Positions 9,267 through 19,344 of a stretch of DNA of 64,000 bases are shown here, piece after piece (the first letter of the stretch is position 1; each line of letters begins with the position of its first letter). Source of the stretch: Nitrosotalea sp. (GTDB lineage: Bacteria; Methylomirabilota; Methylomirabilia; Rokubacteriales; CSP1-6). The notes under the pieces are model-generated. The model was not told the DNA's origin. It searched no databases and saw nothing but the letters and a program-made list of their open reading frames with translations. The translations under genes were made by a program, and so were the position numbers. The DNA lies in NCBI GenBank assembly GCA_035519555.1, contig DATIWG010000074.1, positions 1,292 through 65,291 on the forward strand, in the 5' to 3' direction.

Positions 9267-10301
9267 TCAGTCGATGGTGAGCAGCCGGCGCGGGTTGTCC
9301 ACCAGGATGGCGTCGATCTCGGCCTGGGAGAAGCCTCGCCGGCGCATCATCGGCACGACGTTGGTGAAGATGTGGCCGTAGCCGTGGCCGCCCCAGCGCA
9401 CGAGGCGGGAGCGGTAACAGATGTCGTGCGAGATCAGGATCTGGGCCAGGTGCCCGCGCTCGATCAGCCCGCGGATCGCGCGCAGGCGCACCGCGTCGTT
9501 GGGCATGTCGATGTCGGCCAGCCGGTAGTACGACGACTCCTGCCCGAAGAGGTCCCACTCGAGCACGCATCCCGAATCGGCCAGGCGTCGGAGCCGATCC
9601 GCGTCGAAGACGGTGCGGTCGATGTGGCTGATGATGACCCGGTCCATCCGGCCGCCCTTGACGCGGATGAAGTCGGCCACCTCCTGGGGCTGGTCGGGGT
9701 GGCGGCCCGGGTGGACGTTGATCGCGGCGCCGGTCTGCCGCTGGGCGAGAACCGCCCCCAGCATCACTCGCTGCTCCTGCTGGGTCCACGGCGCTCCGCA
9801 GCCGATCTCCCCGATGATGCCTGCCCGCACGCTCGTGCCCCACGCGCCGTCCTCGATCGACTCGACCATCTCCTCGGCCAGGTCCTCGACGGTGCGTGTC
9901 GCGTTGGCCGGATCCTGGTAGTCGTGCACATAGTGGCCGCAGCCCATCACGATATGAGCGCCGGTGGCGCGGGCGATCTCGACCAGCCCCAGCGGATCGG
10001 GGCTGAGGCCGCCCGAGGAGAGATCGACGACACTCCGGCCGCCCACGGCGAGCATGCGCGACACCTCGTCAGTGGCCACGTCGTGGGCGTCGAGCAGGTA
10101 GTTGCGCGCGGCGTCCTTCACGGTGCCGTAGTTGATGGCCCACACGTTGTCGAGGGCCAGCTCGGGCCCGAGGGCCTCGGGCTTGCGCTGCGACGGGTGG
10201 CGGATGTCGCACAGGAGGTGCTCGTGCATGAGCGTCGGCCCGAGATCGGCCGGCGCGATGGGGCCGAGCACGGTCTGCACGCGGGGCCGTTGTGTGGTCA
10301 C
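9267..10301 (-). CDS. phosphotriesterase-related protein (PTER/amidohydrolase superfamily)
   Basis: GPTLMHEHLLCD N-terminal metal motif, a TIM-barrel amidohydrolase pattern (INVHPG, ISHID, ISHDI) and a length of 344 aa. Confidence 0.85.
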   Translation of the reverse strand: MTTQRPRVQTVLGPIAPADLGPTLMHEHLLCDIRHPSQRKPEALGPELALDNVWAINYGTVKDAARNYLLDAHDVATDEVSRMLAVGGRSVVDLSSGGLSPDPLGLVEIARATGAHIVMGCGHYVHDYQDPANATRTVEDLAEEMVESIEDGAWGTSVRAGIIGEIGCGAPWTQQEQRVMLGAVLAQRQTGAAINVHPGRHPDQPQEVADFIRVKGGRMDRVIISHIDRTVFDADRLRRLADSGCVLEWDLFGQESSYYRLADIDMPNDAVRLRAIRGLIERGHLAQILISHDICYRSRLVRWGGHGYGHIFTNVVPMMRRRGFSQAEIDAILVDNPRRLLTID

Positions 10302-10687
10302 CTACCGATGACCTCGTCCGCCCGCTCGACCAGAGACGCCGGCGCGCAGACCGCCTCCGACCACGAGGACATCCACCGCGCCGCGGACGAGGTCCGCCGC
10401 GAGGGCGGGAACCCGGTCGAGGACACCGCACGCGTACCGATACTCGATGACGATACCCTGCCCCTCGGTGTACCCGAGCTCACGCAGCCCTTGCCAGAAC
10501 GCGCCCAGGAAGGATCACTGGGCGAGGGCGAGCGCCCCCCGATCACGCCGATGCGGGGCACCCGCGACGGCCGCTGCGCCGCCGCGACGAGCGGCGTCGT
10601 GAAGAGGCCGAGGGTCAGGATGGTCGCCACCGCCGTGCGCAGAGTCAGCACGGCGGCGATTCTCCGACAGCCCTCGATCCTGTGCAA
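10298..10687 (-). pseudogene. decayed ABC_sub_bind-type substrate-binding protein gene (frameshift plus large internal deletion)
   Basis: The ORF frame gives signal peptide + AQRPSRVPRIGVIGGRSPSPSD, then nonsense. Shifting +1 near 10505-10519 restores FLGAFWQGLRELGYTEGQGIVIEYRYA..LDRVPALAADLVRGAVDVLVV, typical of the family. The original frame then ends PASLVERADEVIGR, a typical family C-terminus. About 250 aa of the middle is missing. Confidence 0.6.
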
Positions 10688-10736
10688 CGTTCAATGCGCG
10701 CCCGTGATCCCTCAACCCTTCCGGGTGATTGGTGTC

Positions 10737-10765
10737 TTGACGAGCGCTCGCCGCCAGCGCAGGAT
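10737..10765 (+). promoter_or_regulatory. weak sigma-70-like promoter candidate upstream of the Sec-PrxQ gene
   Basis: TTGACG (10737-10742), 17 nt spacer, CAGGAT (10760-10765). A strong AAGGAGG RBS precedes ATG 10801. Confidence 0.25.
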
Positions 10766-10800
10766 GAGGCGCCCCGCTCCGACGGGGAAAAGGAGGACTC

Positions 10801-11235
10801 ATGCTCAATCCAGGAGACAAGGCGCCGGATTTCGCGGGCCGCGACCACACCGGCCAGACGGTGCGGCTGGCCGACTTCAAGGGCAAAACGGTCGTGCTCT
10901 GGTTCTACCCGAAGGCCGACACCCCGGGCTGAACCGCGGAGGGTTGCGGGTTCCGCGACCTGAAAGCCGAGTACGACCGGAAGAACGCGGTGATCCTCGG
11001 CGTGTCGTTCGACACCCCGGCCGAGAACAAGCACTTCGCCGAGAAGTTCTCCTTCAACTTCCCGCTGCTCTGTGACACCGACCGGACGATCGGCACCGCC
11101 TACGGCGCCAACGTGGACCCGCAGAAGGGGGCCCAGCGCGTGGGCGTGGTGATCGATGGGAGCGGCAAGATCAAGGAATGGCACGCCCGTGTGGACGCCC
11201 GCGCCTGGCCCGCCGAGGTGGTGAAGACGCTCTAG
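10801..11235 (+). CDS. PrxQ/BCP-type peroxiredoxin with selenocysteine at the peroxidatic position (TGA 10930-10932 read as Sec)
   Basis: My translation: MLNPGDKAPDFAGRDHTGQTVRLADFKGKTVVLWFYPKADTPG-U-TAEGCGFRD, continuing in frame into track ORF 10990..11235. E. coli BCP has FYPKAMTPGCTVQACGLRD at this site, so U aligns with the peroxidatic Cys and the +5 Cys is kept. Strong RBS. Confidence 0.85.
10936..10956 (+). other. candidate SECIS hairpin for the PrxQ UGA
   Basis: GCGGAG-GGUUGCGGG-UUCCGC: a 6-bp stem (one G-U pair) and a 9-nt loop, starting 4 nt after UGA. Confidence 0.45.
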
Positions 11236-11306
11236 CCCCCTCCTCCTTGATCAACGCCCGTGTTCGTGAGACAAGCAGAGGCCAAAATTCCCGCGGAGGC
11301 CTGCTC

Positions 11307-12322
11307 ATGAAATGTGCTGTCGTCCTGATCGCGCTCCTCGCCGCTACGCTCGCGCCGCCTGCTCGCGCGCACGCTCAGCAGACCACGCTCGTTGTCACCG
11401 GCTACGGCGGCCGGTGGTCGGAGGTGATGAAGAAGGCCCTCGTCGAGCCCTTCGAGAAGAAGCACGGCGTGAAGGTCGAGGTGGTCACGGGCATCACCAC
11501 CGAGTGGGTGGCCAAGCTCCTGGCCGCCGGTCCCGACAACCCGCCCTACGACGTAGTCTTCGGCAACGAGCCGGCCTTCCCGATCCCGCGCGAGCGCGGG
11601 TTCTTCGACAAGCGCAATGAGACCCTGGCGCCCAACATCAGGAACCTCTATCCGAAGGCGCTCATCGGCGACACGAGCCTGGCCATGTTCTGGGGGCGCA
11701 TCGGCCTCGCCTACCGCACCGACCTGGGCCTCAAGAAGCCCACATCCTGGAAGGACTTCTGGGACGAGGCCTACGTGGGCAAGCGGGCCACCTACGTCAT
11801 CGGCAACACCCTCGGCATCAACTTCCTCTTCATCGTCTCGAAGATATTCGGCAAGGACTACTTCGACATCGACGCCGGGGTCGCGGCGATCAAGCGCGCC
11901 CAGCCCAAGCTGGTGGACTTCACCGGCACGGTGGAGAAGCAGCTCGAGCAGAAAGAGGTCGTGATGGCGGTGCTCCACGACGCCTCCACCTACGACCTGC
12001 AGAAGCGAGGCATCCCGGTGGACTGGGCCGCCCCCAGCGAGGGCCTGCCGATCCTCGACCAGATCGTCCAGGTCACGCGCGGCTCGAAGAACAAGGAGCT
12101 GGCGTGGAAGTTCATCGACGCCTACATCTCGCCCGAGGTCCAGCTGGCCTTCGCCACCGAGCTCTTCTGGAGCCCGACCAACAAGACGGTGAAGGTGCCC
12201 GCGGACGTGGCGAAGAAGATCATCAGCGGGCCGGCCGACGTGGACAAGCTCGTCCTCTTCGACTGGGCTGCCGTCGCCAAGCAGCGACCCCAGTGGACCG
12301 AAAAGTGGAACAAGGAGATGCG

Positions 12323-12326
<4 letters not shown>
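11307..12326 (+). CDS. ABC transporter substrate-binding protein (PotD/extracellular solute-binding family 1-like)
   Basis: Distal part of track ORF 11178..12326, from ATG 11307 (MKCAVVLIALLAATLAPPARAHA signal peptide). PotD-like layout (VVTGYGGRW..., GLPILDQIVQVTRGSKNKELAWKFIDYI-type block). Confidence 0.85.
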
Positions 12327-13395
<1,069 letters not shown>

Positions 13396-13399
<4 letters not shown>

Positions 13400-14073
13400 C
13401 AAAGGTTGGCTTGATCACGGTGGGGCAGGCCCCGCGCAGCGACGTGGTACCGGACATGGCGGCCATCCTGGGCGGCGACGTCGAGATCGTCGAGGCCGGC
13501 GCGCTCGACGGGCTCGCCCGCGAGCAGATCGCCCCGCTCGGCCCCGAAGGCGACGACGAGATCCTGGTCACCCGGCTGGCCGACGGCTCGTCGGTCTTCG
13601 TCAGCAAGACCAAGATGATCCCCCGCATCGAGGCGAGGATCGCCGCCCTCGAGGATCAGGGCGTCGCCCTCAACGTGCTGCTCTGCACCGGCGAGTTCCC
13701 GAAGCTCGCCGCGCGCCGGCCGTTCCTAGAGCCACAGCAGCTGCTGCTGGGTCTCCTCCGAGCGATGGTCTTCCCGGGGCGCCTGGGTGTGCTCACCCCA
13801 TCCGAGCGCCACGTGCCGCAGACCACCGCGCGCTGGCGCGCCTCGGGCTTCGACGCCCACGTGGCCCCGCTCTCTCCCTACGAGGAGAACGACCCCGCCG
13901 CGGTCCGCCGGGCCGCGGACGCGCTGCGGGCCGGGGGCGCGGGCCTGGTGGTCATGGACTGCATCGGCTTCCGCCGCAAGACGCGCGACGAGATCGCGGC
14001 CCTGACCGGCGCGCCGACCCTGGTGGCGAACCTGCTCGTGGCCCGCGTGGCCGCGGAGCTCCTCGGGCGCTGA
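13396..14073 (+). CDS. aroM: AroM family protein
   Basis: 225 aa, collinear with E. coli AroM as I recall it. N-terminal ITVGQAPRSDVVP. The C-terminal LVVMDCIGFRRKTRDEIAALTGAPTLVANLLVARVAAELL matches VIMLDCLGFHQRHRDLL...LLSNVLIARLAAELL. ATGA overlap with the upstream gene. Confidence 0.9.
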
Positions 14074-14076
14074 TCC

Positions 14077-14922
14077 GTGACCCGCAGCGCTCGCGTCCTG
14101 CTGCTGGGGCCCTACGTCCTCCTCTTGGTGGCGTTCTTCGTGGCCCCCCTCCTGCTGATGCTCGCGATCAGCTTCTCGCGCCAGTCGTACGGGCAGCTCG
14201 AGTGGGCCTTCACCCCGCAGCACTACGTCCACTTCTTCACCGACGCCTACTACCTGGGCGTGCTCGGGGACACCCTGTGGCTCGGGGTGATCACTACCGC
14301 CGTCTCGCTGCTCCTCGGTTACCCGCTGGCCTACCACCTGGCCCTGACCCCCTCGCGCTGGAAGCCGCTCCTGATCGTCTTCATCCTGTCGCCGCTCCTG
14401 GTCGGCATCGTCATCCGCTGCTACGGGTGGATGATCCTGCTCGCCGACCGCGGGCTCATCAACGAGACCCTCGTGCAGGGCGGCTGGATCACGAAGCCGC
14501 TGCCGCTCATGTACAACAAGTTCGGGGTGACGCTCGCCCTCGTGCACGTCTTCCTGCCGTTCATGGTCCTGTCGCTCACCGGGGTGCTCAAGCGCATCGA
14601 GCCGCAGCTGATCGAGGCCTCGCAGACGCTGGGGGCTTCCCCGTGCCGCGCCTTCCTCGAGGTGACCCTGCCGCTCTCGCTCCCCGGCATCATGGCCGGC
14701 TCGCTGCTGGTCTTCTCCCTCGCCATCAGCTCGTTCGTGGTGCCGATCCTGGTGGGCGGCTTCAAGGTGCACGTGCTACCGATGGTGGTCTACGAGCAGG
14801 TGCTCTCGGTCTTCGACTGGCCGTTCGGCGCCGCCAACGCCTTCGTGCTGCTCCTGATCTCCGTGGCCCTGATCGGCGTCTATATCAAGGTCACCGAGCG
14901 CGCGCTGCGCGGAATCGTATGA
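14077..14922 (+). CDS. ABC transporter permease (PotB-like)
   Basis: Six-TM profile with an EAA-type loop (LIEASQTLGASPCRAFLEVTLPLSLPG). Confidence 0.9.
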   Translation: MTRSARVLLLGPYVLLLVAFFVAPLLLMLAISFSRQSYGQLEWAFTPQHYVHFFTDAYYLGVLGDTLWLGVITTAVSLLLGYPLAYHLALTPSRWKPLLIVFILSPLLVGIVIRCYGWMILLADRGLINETLVQGGWITKPLPLMYNKFGVTLALVHVFLPFMVLSLTGVLKRIEPQLIEASQTLGASPCRAFLEVTLPLSLPGIMAGSLLVFSLAISSFVVPILVGGFKVHVLPMVVYEQVLSVFDWPFGAANAFVLLLISVALIGVYIKVTERALRGIV

Positions 14923-15692
14923 TCCTCCGATCGGTCGTGGGCCTGGTCTACGCCTTCCTGCTGCTCCCGATGGTCATCGTGGTGCTGGCCGCCTTCAACG
15001 CGGGCAACTACTTCACCTTTCCCCCGCAGGGGTTCTCGCTCAAGTGGTTCGCCAACTTCTTCCAGCGCCGGGAGTTCATGCAGGCCCTCTGGCTCTCCAC
15101 CGAGCTGGCGGTGTGGACCGCGGTCGCCTCCACCGTGATCGGGACCGCGGCGGCCATCCCGCTCGTGCGGGGCCGCTTCCGCGGGCGGGATCTCCTCAAC
15201 GCGTTCGTGACCTCCCCGCTGCTGCTGCCACAGATTCTCACCGGGGTCGCGCTGCTCCAGTTCTACACGCTCCTCAAGATGCAGGCCTCCTATGCGGCCC
15301 TGCTCATCGGCCATATCGTGGTGACCACGCCCTATGTGATCCGCACCGTGACCGCCACCCTCACCCACTTCGACATGGCGCTCGAGGAGGCGGCCCAGAG
15401 CCTGGGCGCCAATCCGGTGCGCGCCTTCTTCGAGATCACCCTGGGCGTGATCAAGCCGGGCGTCGTCGCGGGGGCGATCTTCGCCTTCGCCATCTCCTTC
15501 GACAACTTCACGCTGTCGCTCTTCCTGACCAGCGCGAAGCTGACCCCGCTCCCCATCGAGCTCTTCGCCTATCTCAAGTACTCCTTCGACCCCACCGCCG
15601 CCGCGGTCTCCGCCTTCGCCATCGGGGTCGCCCTCGTCCTCGTCCTCGGCATCGCGCGCTTCATGGGGCTCGAGGAGTTCACGGGGTTCTGA
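14919..15692 (+). CDS. ABC transporter permease (PotC-like)
   Basis: Distal part of track ORF 14202..15692 from ATG 14919 (ATGA overlap). EAA-type loop LEEAAQSLGANPVRAFFEITLGVIKPG. Confidence 0.9.
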   Translation: MILRSVVGLVYAFLLLPMVIVVLAAFNAGNYFTFPPQGFSLKWFANFFQRREFMQALWLSTELAVWTAVASTVIGTAAAIPLVRGRFRGRDLLNAFVTSPLLLPQILTGVALLQFYTLLKMQASYAALLIGHIVVTTPYVIRTVTATLTHFDMALEEAAQSLGANPVRAFFEITLGVIKPGVVAGAIFAFAISFDNFTLSLFLTSAKLTPLPIELFAYLKYSFDPTAAAVSAFAIGVALVLVLGIARFMGLEEFTGF

Positions 15693-15705
15693 TGAGAATC
15701 GCGCG

Positions 15706-16779
15706 ATGAGACCGGTCGGGGCGGACGAGATCGAGAGCCTCGCCATCGGCGCCTGGATCCTGGGTACCGGCGGCGGCGGCAGCCCGTACCTCGCGCTGCT
15801 CAACATGCGCCAGCTCTACCGGAAGGGCGTGGTGTGCCGGCTCATGCAGGCCTCCGAGCTGGCCGACGACGACCTGGTGGCGGTGGTGTCCAACATGGGC
15901 GCGCCCCTTGTCGGTCAGGAGCGCCTCACCGATCCCAAGACGATGGCGCTCGCCGTCACCATGATGGAGGAGTACCTCGGCCGGAAGTTCCGCGCGGTGA
16001 TGTCACTCGAGATCGGCGGCGGCAACTCCATCCAGCCCTTCATGGCCGCCGCGATGCTGGACCTGCCGGTCATCGACGGCGACTGCATGGGCCGCGCCTT
16101 CCCCGAGGCCCAGATGACCAGCTTCGCCATCCACGATCTGAAGATGTACCCGCTCACTCTCGCCGACGTGCGCGATAACGCGGTGGTGGTGGCACGGGCG
16201 GCGAGCTGGAAGTGGATGGAGCGCATCAGCCGCAAGGCCTGCGTGGAGGTGGGCTCCATCGCCTCTACCTGCAAGGCCCCGCGCACCGGCAAGGAGATCA
16301 AGGAGTGCGCCATCCTGGGCTCCACCACCAAGGCCATCGGTATCGGCCGAGCGGTCCAGGCCGCGCGGCGGGCCCATCGCGATCCGATCGAGGCGGTGCT
16401 CGAGATCGAGGCCGGCATCAAGATCTTCGGCGGCAAGATCCACGACATCGGGCGGCGCACCACCGAGGGCTTCCTCCGCGGCACCGCCACCATCGAGGGC
16501 CTGGACGGCTTCCGCGGCCACACGTTCAGGCTCGCCTTCCAGAACGAGTTCGCGGTCGGCTGGCTCGACGACGAGCCCCGGGTCATGACGCCGGACCTCA
16601 TCTGCGTCCTCGACACGGTCTCCGGGGACGCCATCGGCACCGAGACCCTGCGGTACGGCCAGCGGGTGACCGTCATCGCCCTACCCGCGCCCCCGATCCT
16701 CCTCACCCCCAAGGGGATCGAGCACGTGGGCCCGCGCGCCTTCGGCTACGACCTCGACTTCCGCTCGGTCTTCGCGTGA
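15706..16779 (+). CDS. DUF917 family protein
   Basis: 357 aa with ILGTGGGGSPY and EIGGGNS blocks characteristic of DUF917. Sits next to a hydantoinase-family gene, as is common for this family. Confidence 0.85.
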   Translation: MRPVGADEIESLAIGAWILGTGGGGSPYLALLNMRQLYRKGVVCRLMQASELADDDLVAVVSNMGAPLVGQERLTDPKTMALAVTMMEEYLGRKFRAVMSLEIGGGNSIQPFMAAAMLDLPVIDGDCMGRAFPEAQMTSFAIHDLKMYPLTLADVRDNAVVVARAASWKWMERISRKACVEVGSIASTCKAPRTGKEIKECAILGSTTKAIGIGRAVQAARRAHRDPIEAVLEIEAGIKIFGGKIHDIGRRTTEGFLRGTATIEGLDGFRGHTFRLAFQNEFAVGWLDDEPRVMTPDLICVLDTVSGDAIGTETLRYGQRVTVIALPAPPILLTPKGIEHVGPRAFGYDLDFRSVFA

Positions 16780-18317
16780 GACGGCGCATCGGCATCGACG
16801 TGGGCGGCACCAACACCGACGCCGTCCTGCTCGAGGCAGACGCGGTCGCCGCCGCGGTGAAGACGCCGACCACCCCGGATGTGACCACCGGGATCACCCG
16901 CGCTCTCGCCGCCCTCGTGGAGCAGGCACCCGGCGCGCGCGAGGCCAACGCCGTGATGATCGGCACCACCCACTTCACCAACGCGGTGGTGCAGCGGCGG
17001 GACCTCGGCCGGGTCGCGGCGGTGCGCATCGGTCTGCCCTCCGGCGCCTCGCTGCCGCCCTTCGTGGACTGGCCCGAGGACCTGGCCGCCCTGGTCCGCG
17101 CCGAGGTCGTGATGCTGGAAGGCGGCCACGAGTTCGACGGCCGGCCGCTCGTGCCCTTCGACACGCGCGGGATGCGCGCGGCGGCCCGGCGCATCCGCGA
17201 GGCGGGGATCCGCTCGGTGGCAGTGGCGGCGGTCTTCTCGCCGCTCAACGCAGCGTGTGAGGAAGAAGCGGCGGCGATTTTACGCGACGCCTGTCCCGAC
17301 GTCGCGGTCACCCTCTCCCACCGGCTCGGGCGCATCGGCTTGCTCGAGCGCGAGAACGCGGCGCTGCTCAACGCCTGCCTCATCGAGCTGGCCCGGAAGA
17401 CGACACGCGCGTTCACGGAAGCGCTACGGGGAAGCGGCATCGCGGCACCGCTCTACCTCACCCAGAACGACGGCACCGTCATGCTGGCCGAGGTGGCCGA
17501 GGCCTACCCGGTCTACAGCTTCGCGTCGGGGCCGACCAACTCCATGCGCGGCGCCGCGTTCCTGTCCAAGCGCGACGAGGCCCTCGTCGTCGACGTGGGC
17601 GGTACCACCACCGACATCGGCAGCCTGCGCCACGGCTTCCCTCGCGAGGCCAACAACGTGGTCGAGATCGGCGGGGTGCGTACGCTGTTCCGCATGCCCG
17701 ATCTCCTCTCGCTGGGCCTGGGCGGCGGGACCCTCGTCGAGCGGTCGCCCCTCACCATCGGGCCGGCCAGCGTGGGCTATCGCCTCACCGAGCAGGCGCT
17801 GGTGTTCGGTGGCGACGTCCTCACCGTGACCGACGTCGCGGTCGCCGCCGGCCTCATCGACCTGGGCGACCGCGTGCGCGTGGCCTCGCTTCCCGCCGCG
17901 CTGGTGAACGAGGCGCTCGCCCGCATCCGCGCCATGATCGAGGAGGGCGTCGACCGCATGAAGACGGACGCGGGCGAGGCGCCGCTGATCGCGGTGGGCG
18001 GCGGCTCGTTCCTGGTGCCCGCGCGCCTGGCCGGCGTCTCCGAGGTGCTGAACGTGCCGCACCAGGCAGTGGCCAACGCGGTGGGCGCCGCCATCGCCCA
18101 GGTGAGCGGCGAGGTGGACCAGATCTTCCAGGACCTCACCCGGGACGAGGCCATCGCCCGGGCCCGCCGGGCGGCCGAGGACAAGGCGGTGGCGGCCGGC
18201 GCCGACCGGGCGACGATCAACGTGGTGGAGGTAGAGGACCTGCCGTTGGCCTACCTGCCAGGCAACTCCCTGCGCACCCGGGTGCGTGTCGTGGGGGAGA
18301 TCGCCGCGCAGCCGTAG
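16776..18317 (+). CDS. hydantoinase/oxoprolinase family protein (HyuA-like, short form)
   Basis: Distal part of track ORF 16212..18317 from GTG 16776 (GTGA overlap). IGIDVGGTNTDAVL and VVDVGGTTTDIG ASKHA-type phosphate motifs. Confidence 0.85.
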   Translation: MRRRIGIDVGGTNTDAVLLEADAVAAAVKTPTTPDVTTGITRALAALVEQAPGAREANAVMIGTTHFTNAVVQRRDLGRVAAVRIGLPSGASLPPFVDWPEDLAALVRAEVVMLEGGHEFDGRPLVPFDTRGMRAAARRIREAGIRSVAVAAVFSPLNAACEEEAAAILRDACPDVAVTLSHRLGRIGLLERENAALLNACLIELARKTTRAFTEALRGSGIAAPLYLTQNDGTVMLAEVAEAYPVYSFASGPTNSMRGAAFLSKRDEALVVDVGGTTTDIGSLRHGFPREANNVVEIGGVRTLFRMPDLLSLGLGGGTLVERSPLTIGPASVGYRLTEQALVFGGDVLTVTDVAVAAGLIDLGDRVRVASLPAALVNEALARIRAMIEEGVDRMKTDAGEAPLIAVGGGSFLVPARLAGVSEVLNVPHQAVANAVGAAIAQVSGEVDQIFQDLTRDEAIARARRAAEDKAVAAGADRATINVVEVEDLPLAYLPGNSLRTRVRVVGEIAAQP

Positions 18318-18393
18318 CCCGGCGGCCAGTTGGCCCTGGAGCGTAAGTTCGGGTACAGTAAGGGTGTACGCGAGAGTCCCGCGGAGGAGCCTC

Positions 18394-18672
18394 ATGAGCG
18401 ATGAGTTGATGACCAAGGTGCAGGACCTGATCGAGAACATGATCAACCCGGCCGTGGCTGGCCACGGCGGATTCGTCCAGCTCGTGGACGTCAAGGACAA
18501 CAAGGTCTACTTGCAGATGGGCGGCGGGTGCCAGGGCTGCGGAGCCGCGGACGTCACGCTCAAGCAGGGCATCGAGCGGCTGATCAAGGAGGAGATTCCC
18601 GAGGTGGAGGAAGTGCTGGACACCACCGACCACGCCTCGGGCGAGAACCCGTACTACCAGCCGTCGAAGTAG
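18394..18672 (+). CDS. NifU-like (Nfu) Fe-S cluster carrier domain protein
   Basis: ATG 18394 follows GGAGGAG. INPAVAGHGGFVQLVDV...GGGCQGCGAADVTLKQGIERLIKEEIPEV is the Nfu CxxC domain. Confidence 0.85.
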   Translation: MSDELMTKVQDLIENMINPAVAGHGGFVQLVDVKDNKVYLQMGGGCQGCGAADVTLKQGIERLIKEEIPEVEEVLDTTDHASGENPYYQPSK

Positions 18673-18707
18673 CTCGCCGGCTCTCCTCGCCTCACCTTCA
18701 CACTCCC

Positions 18708-19343
18708 TCACCCGACCCTCTCCCCCACCCGGGGGAGAGGGTTTCGGTTTCTGATGGCTCGGCGCAGCCAGTCCCAGGCGCGGACGGCCATCAAGAGGAC
18801 GAACGCCGCCGCGTAGTAGTACGGCTCCGGGTTCGCCTTCTTGGCTAGCCACAGGTAGTGGAGCACCGCGCACACGCCGGTCACGTAGACCAGCCGGTGA
18901 AGCCACTGCCATCGCGCGCCGCCCAGCCGCCGGATCGCCCCTGCCGTCGAGGTGGCGGCGAGCGGGATCATCAGCACCAGGGCGGCCATCCCCATCGTGA
19001 TGTACGGGCGCTTGAGGATGTCAGCGCCCATCTGCCGCCAGGCGAAGAAGTGGTCGAGGACCAGCCAGACCGAGAAGTGCAGCGACGCGTAGAAGAACGC
19101 GAAGAGTCCGAGCAGCCGCCGCAGCGTCACCGGCCACGACCAGCGGAAGAGGACGCGCAGCGGCGTCATGGCCAGGCTGGCCAGGAGGACGCGCAGCGTC
19201 CAGTCGCCCAGCCAGTTGGTGATGAAGCTGATCGGGTTGGCGGTCAAGTTACCCGCGAAAGCGCGGAAGCCGAGCAGCGCGAGCGGAGCCAGGCACGCGG
19301 CCCACGCGACGACCTTCAGCGCGACGCGGCCGCCCCGGGTCAC
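18708..19343 (-). CDS. msrQ: protein-methionine-sulfoxide reductase heme-binding subunit MsrQ (YedZ)
   Basis: Distal part of track ORF 18708..19586 from GTG 19343 (1 nt after the msrP stop). Ferric-reductase-type TM protein with conserved His (FFYASLHFSVW, WLHRLVY). Directly downstream of msrP. Confidence 0.8.
   Translation of the reverse strand: MTRGGRVALKVVAWAACLAPLALLGFRAFAGNLTANPISFITNWLGDWTLRVLLASLAMTPLRVLFRWSWPVTLRRLLGLFAFFYASLHFSVWLVLDHFFAWRQMGADILKRPYITMGMAALVLMIPLAATSTAGAIRRLGGARWQWLHRLVYVTGVCAVLHYLWLAKKANPEPYYYAAAFVLLMAVRAWDWLRRAIRNRNPLPRVGERVG
18716..18750 (+). terminator. intrinsic terminator-like hairpin downstream of the nfu-like gene (member of a GC-rich hairpin family)
   Basis: CCCTCTCCCCC (18716-18726) / ACCC loop / GGGGGAGAGGG (18731-18741): a perfect 11-bp stem followed by TTTCGGTTT. 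Confidence 0.5.
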
Positions 19344-19344
19344 C

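Noticed and set aside
18324-18338. 15-nt exact copy (GGCCAGTTGGCCCTG) of the core of the radical SAM SECIS-like hairpin (5811..5825), just after the hydantoinase-family gene
   Set aside because: The upstream stop is TAG, not TGA. No conserved reading frame continues, and the flanks do not extend the stem. A single GC-rich 15-mer match within 64 kb of GC-rich DNA is not clearly beyond chance. It may simply be a small hairpin.
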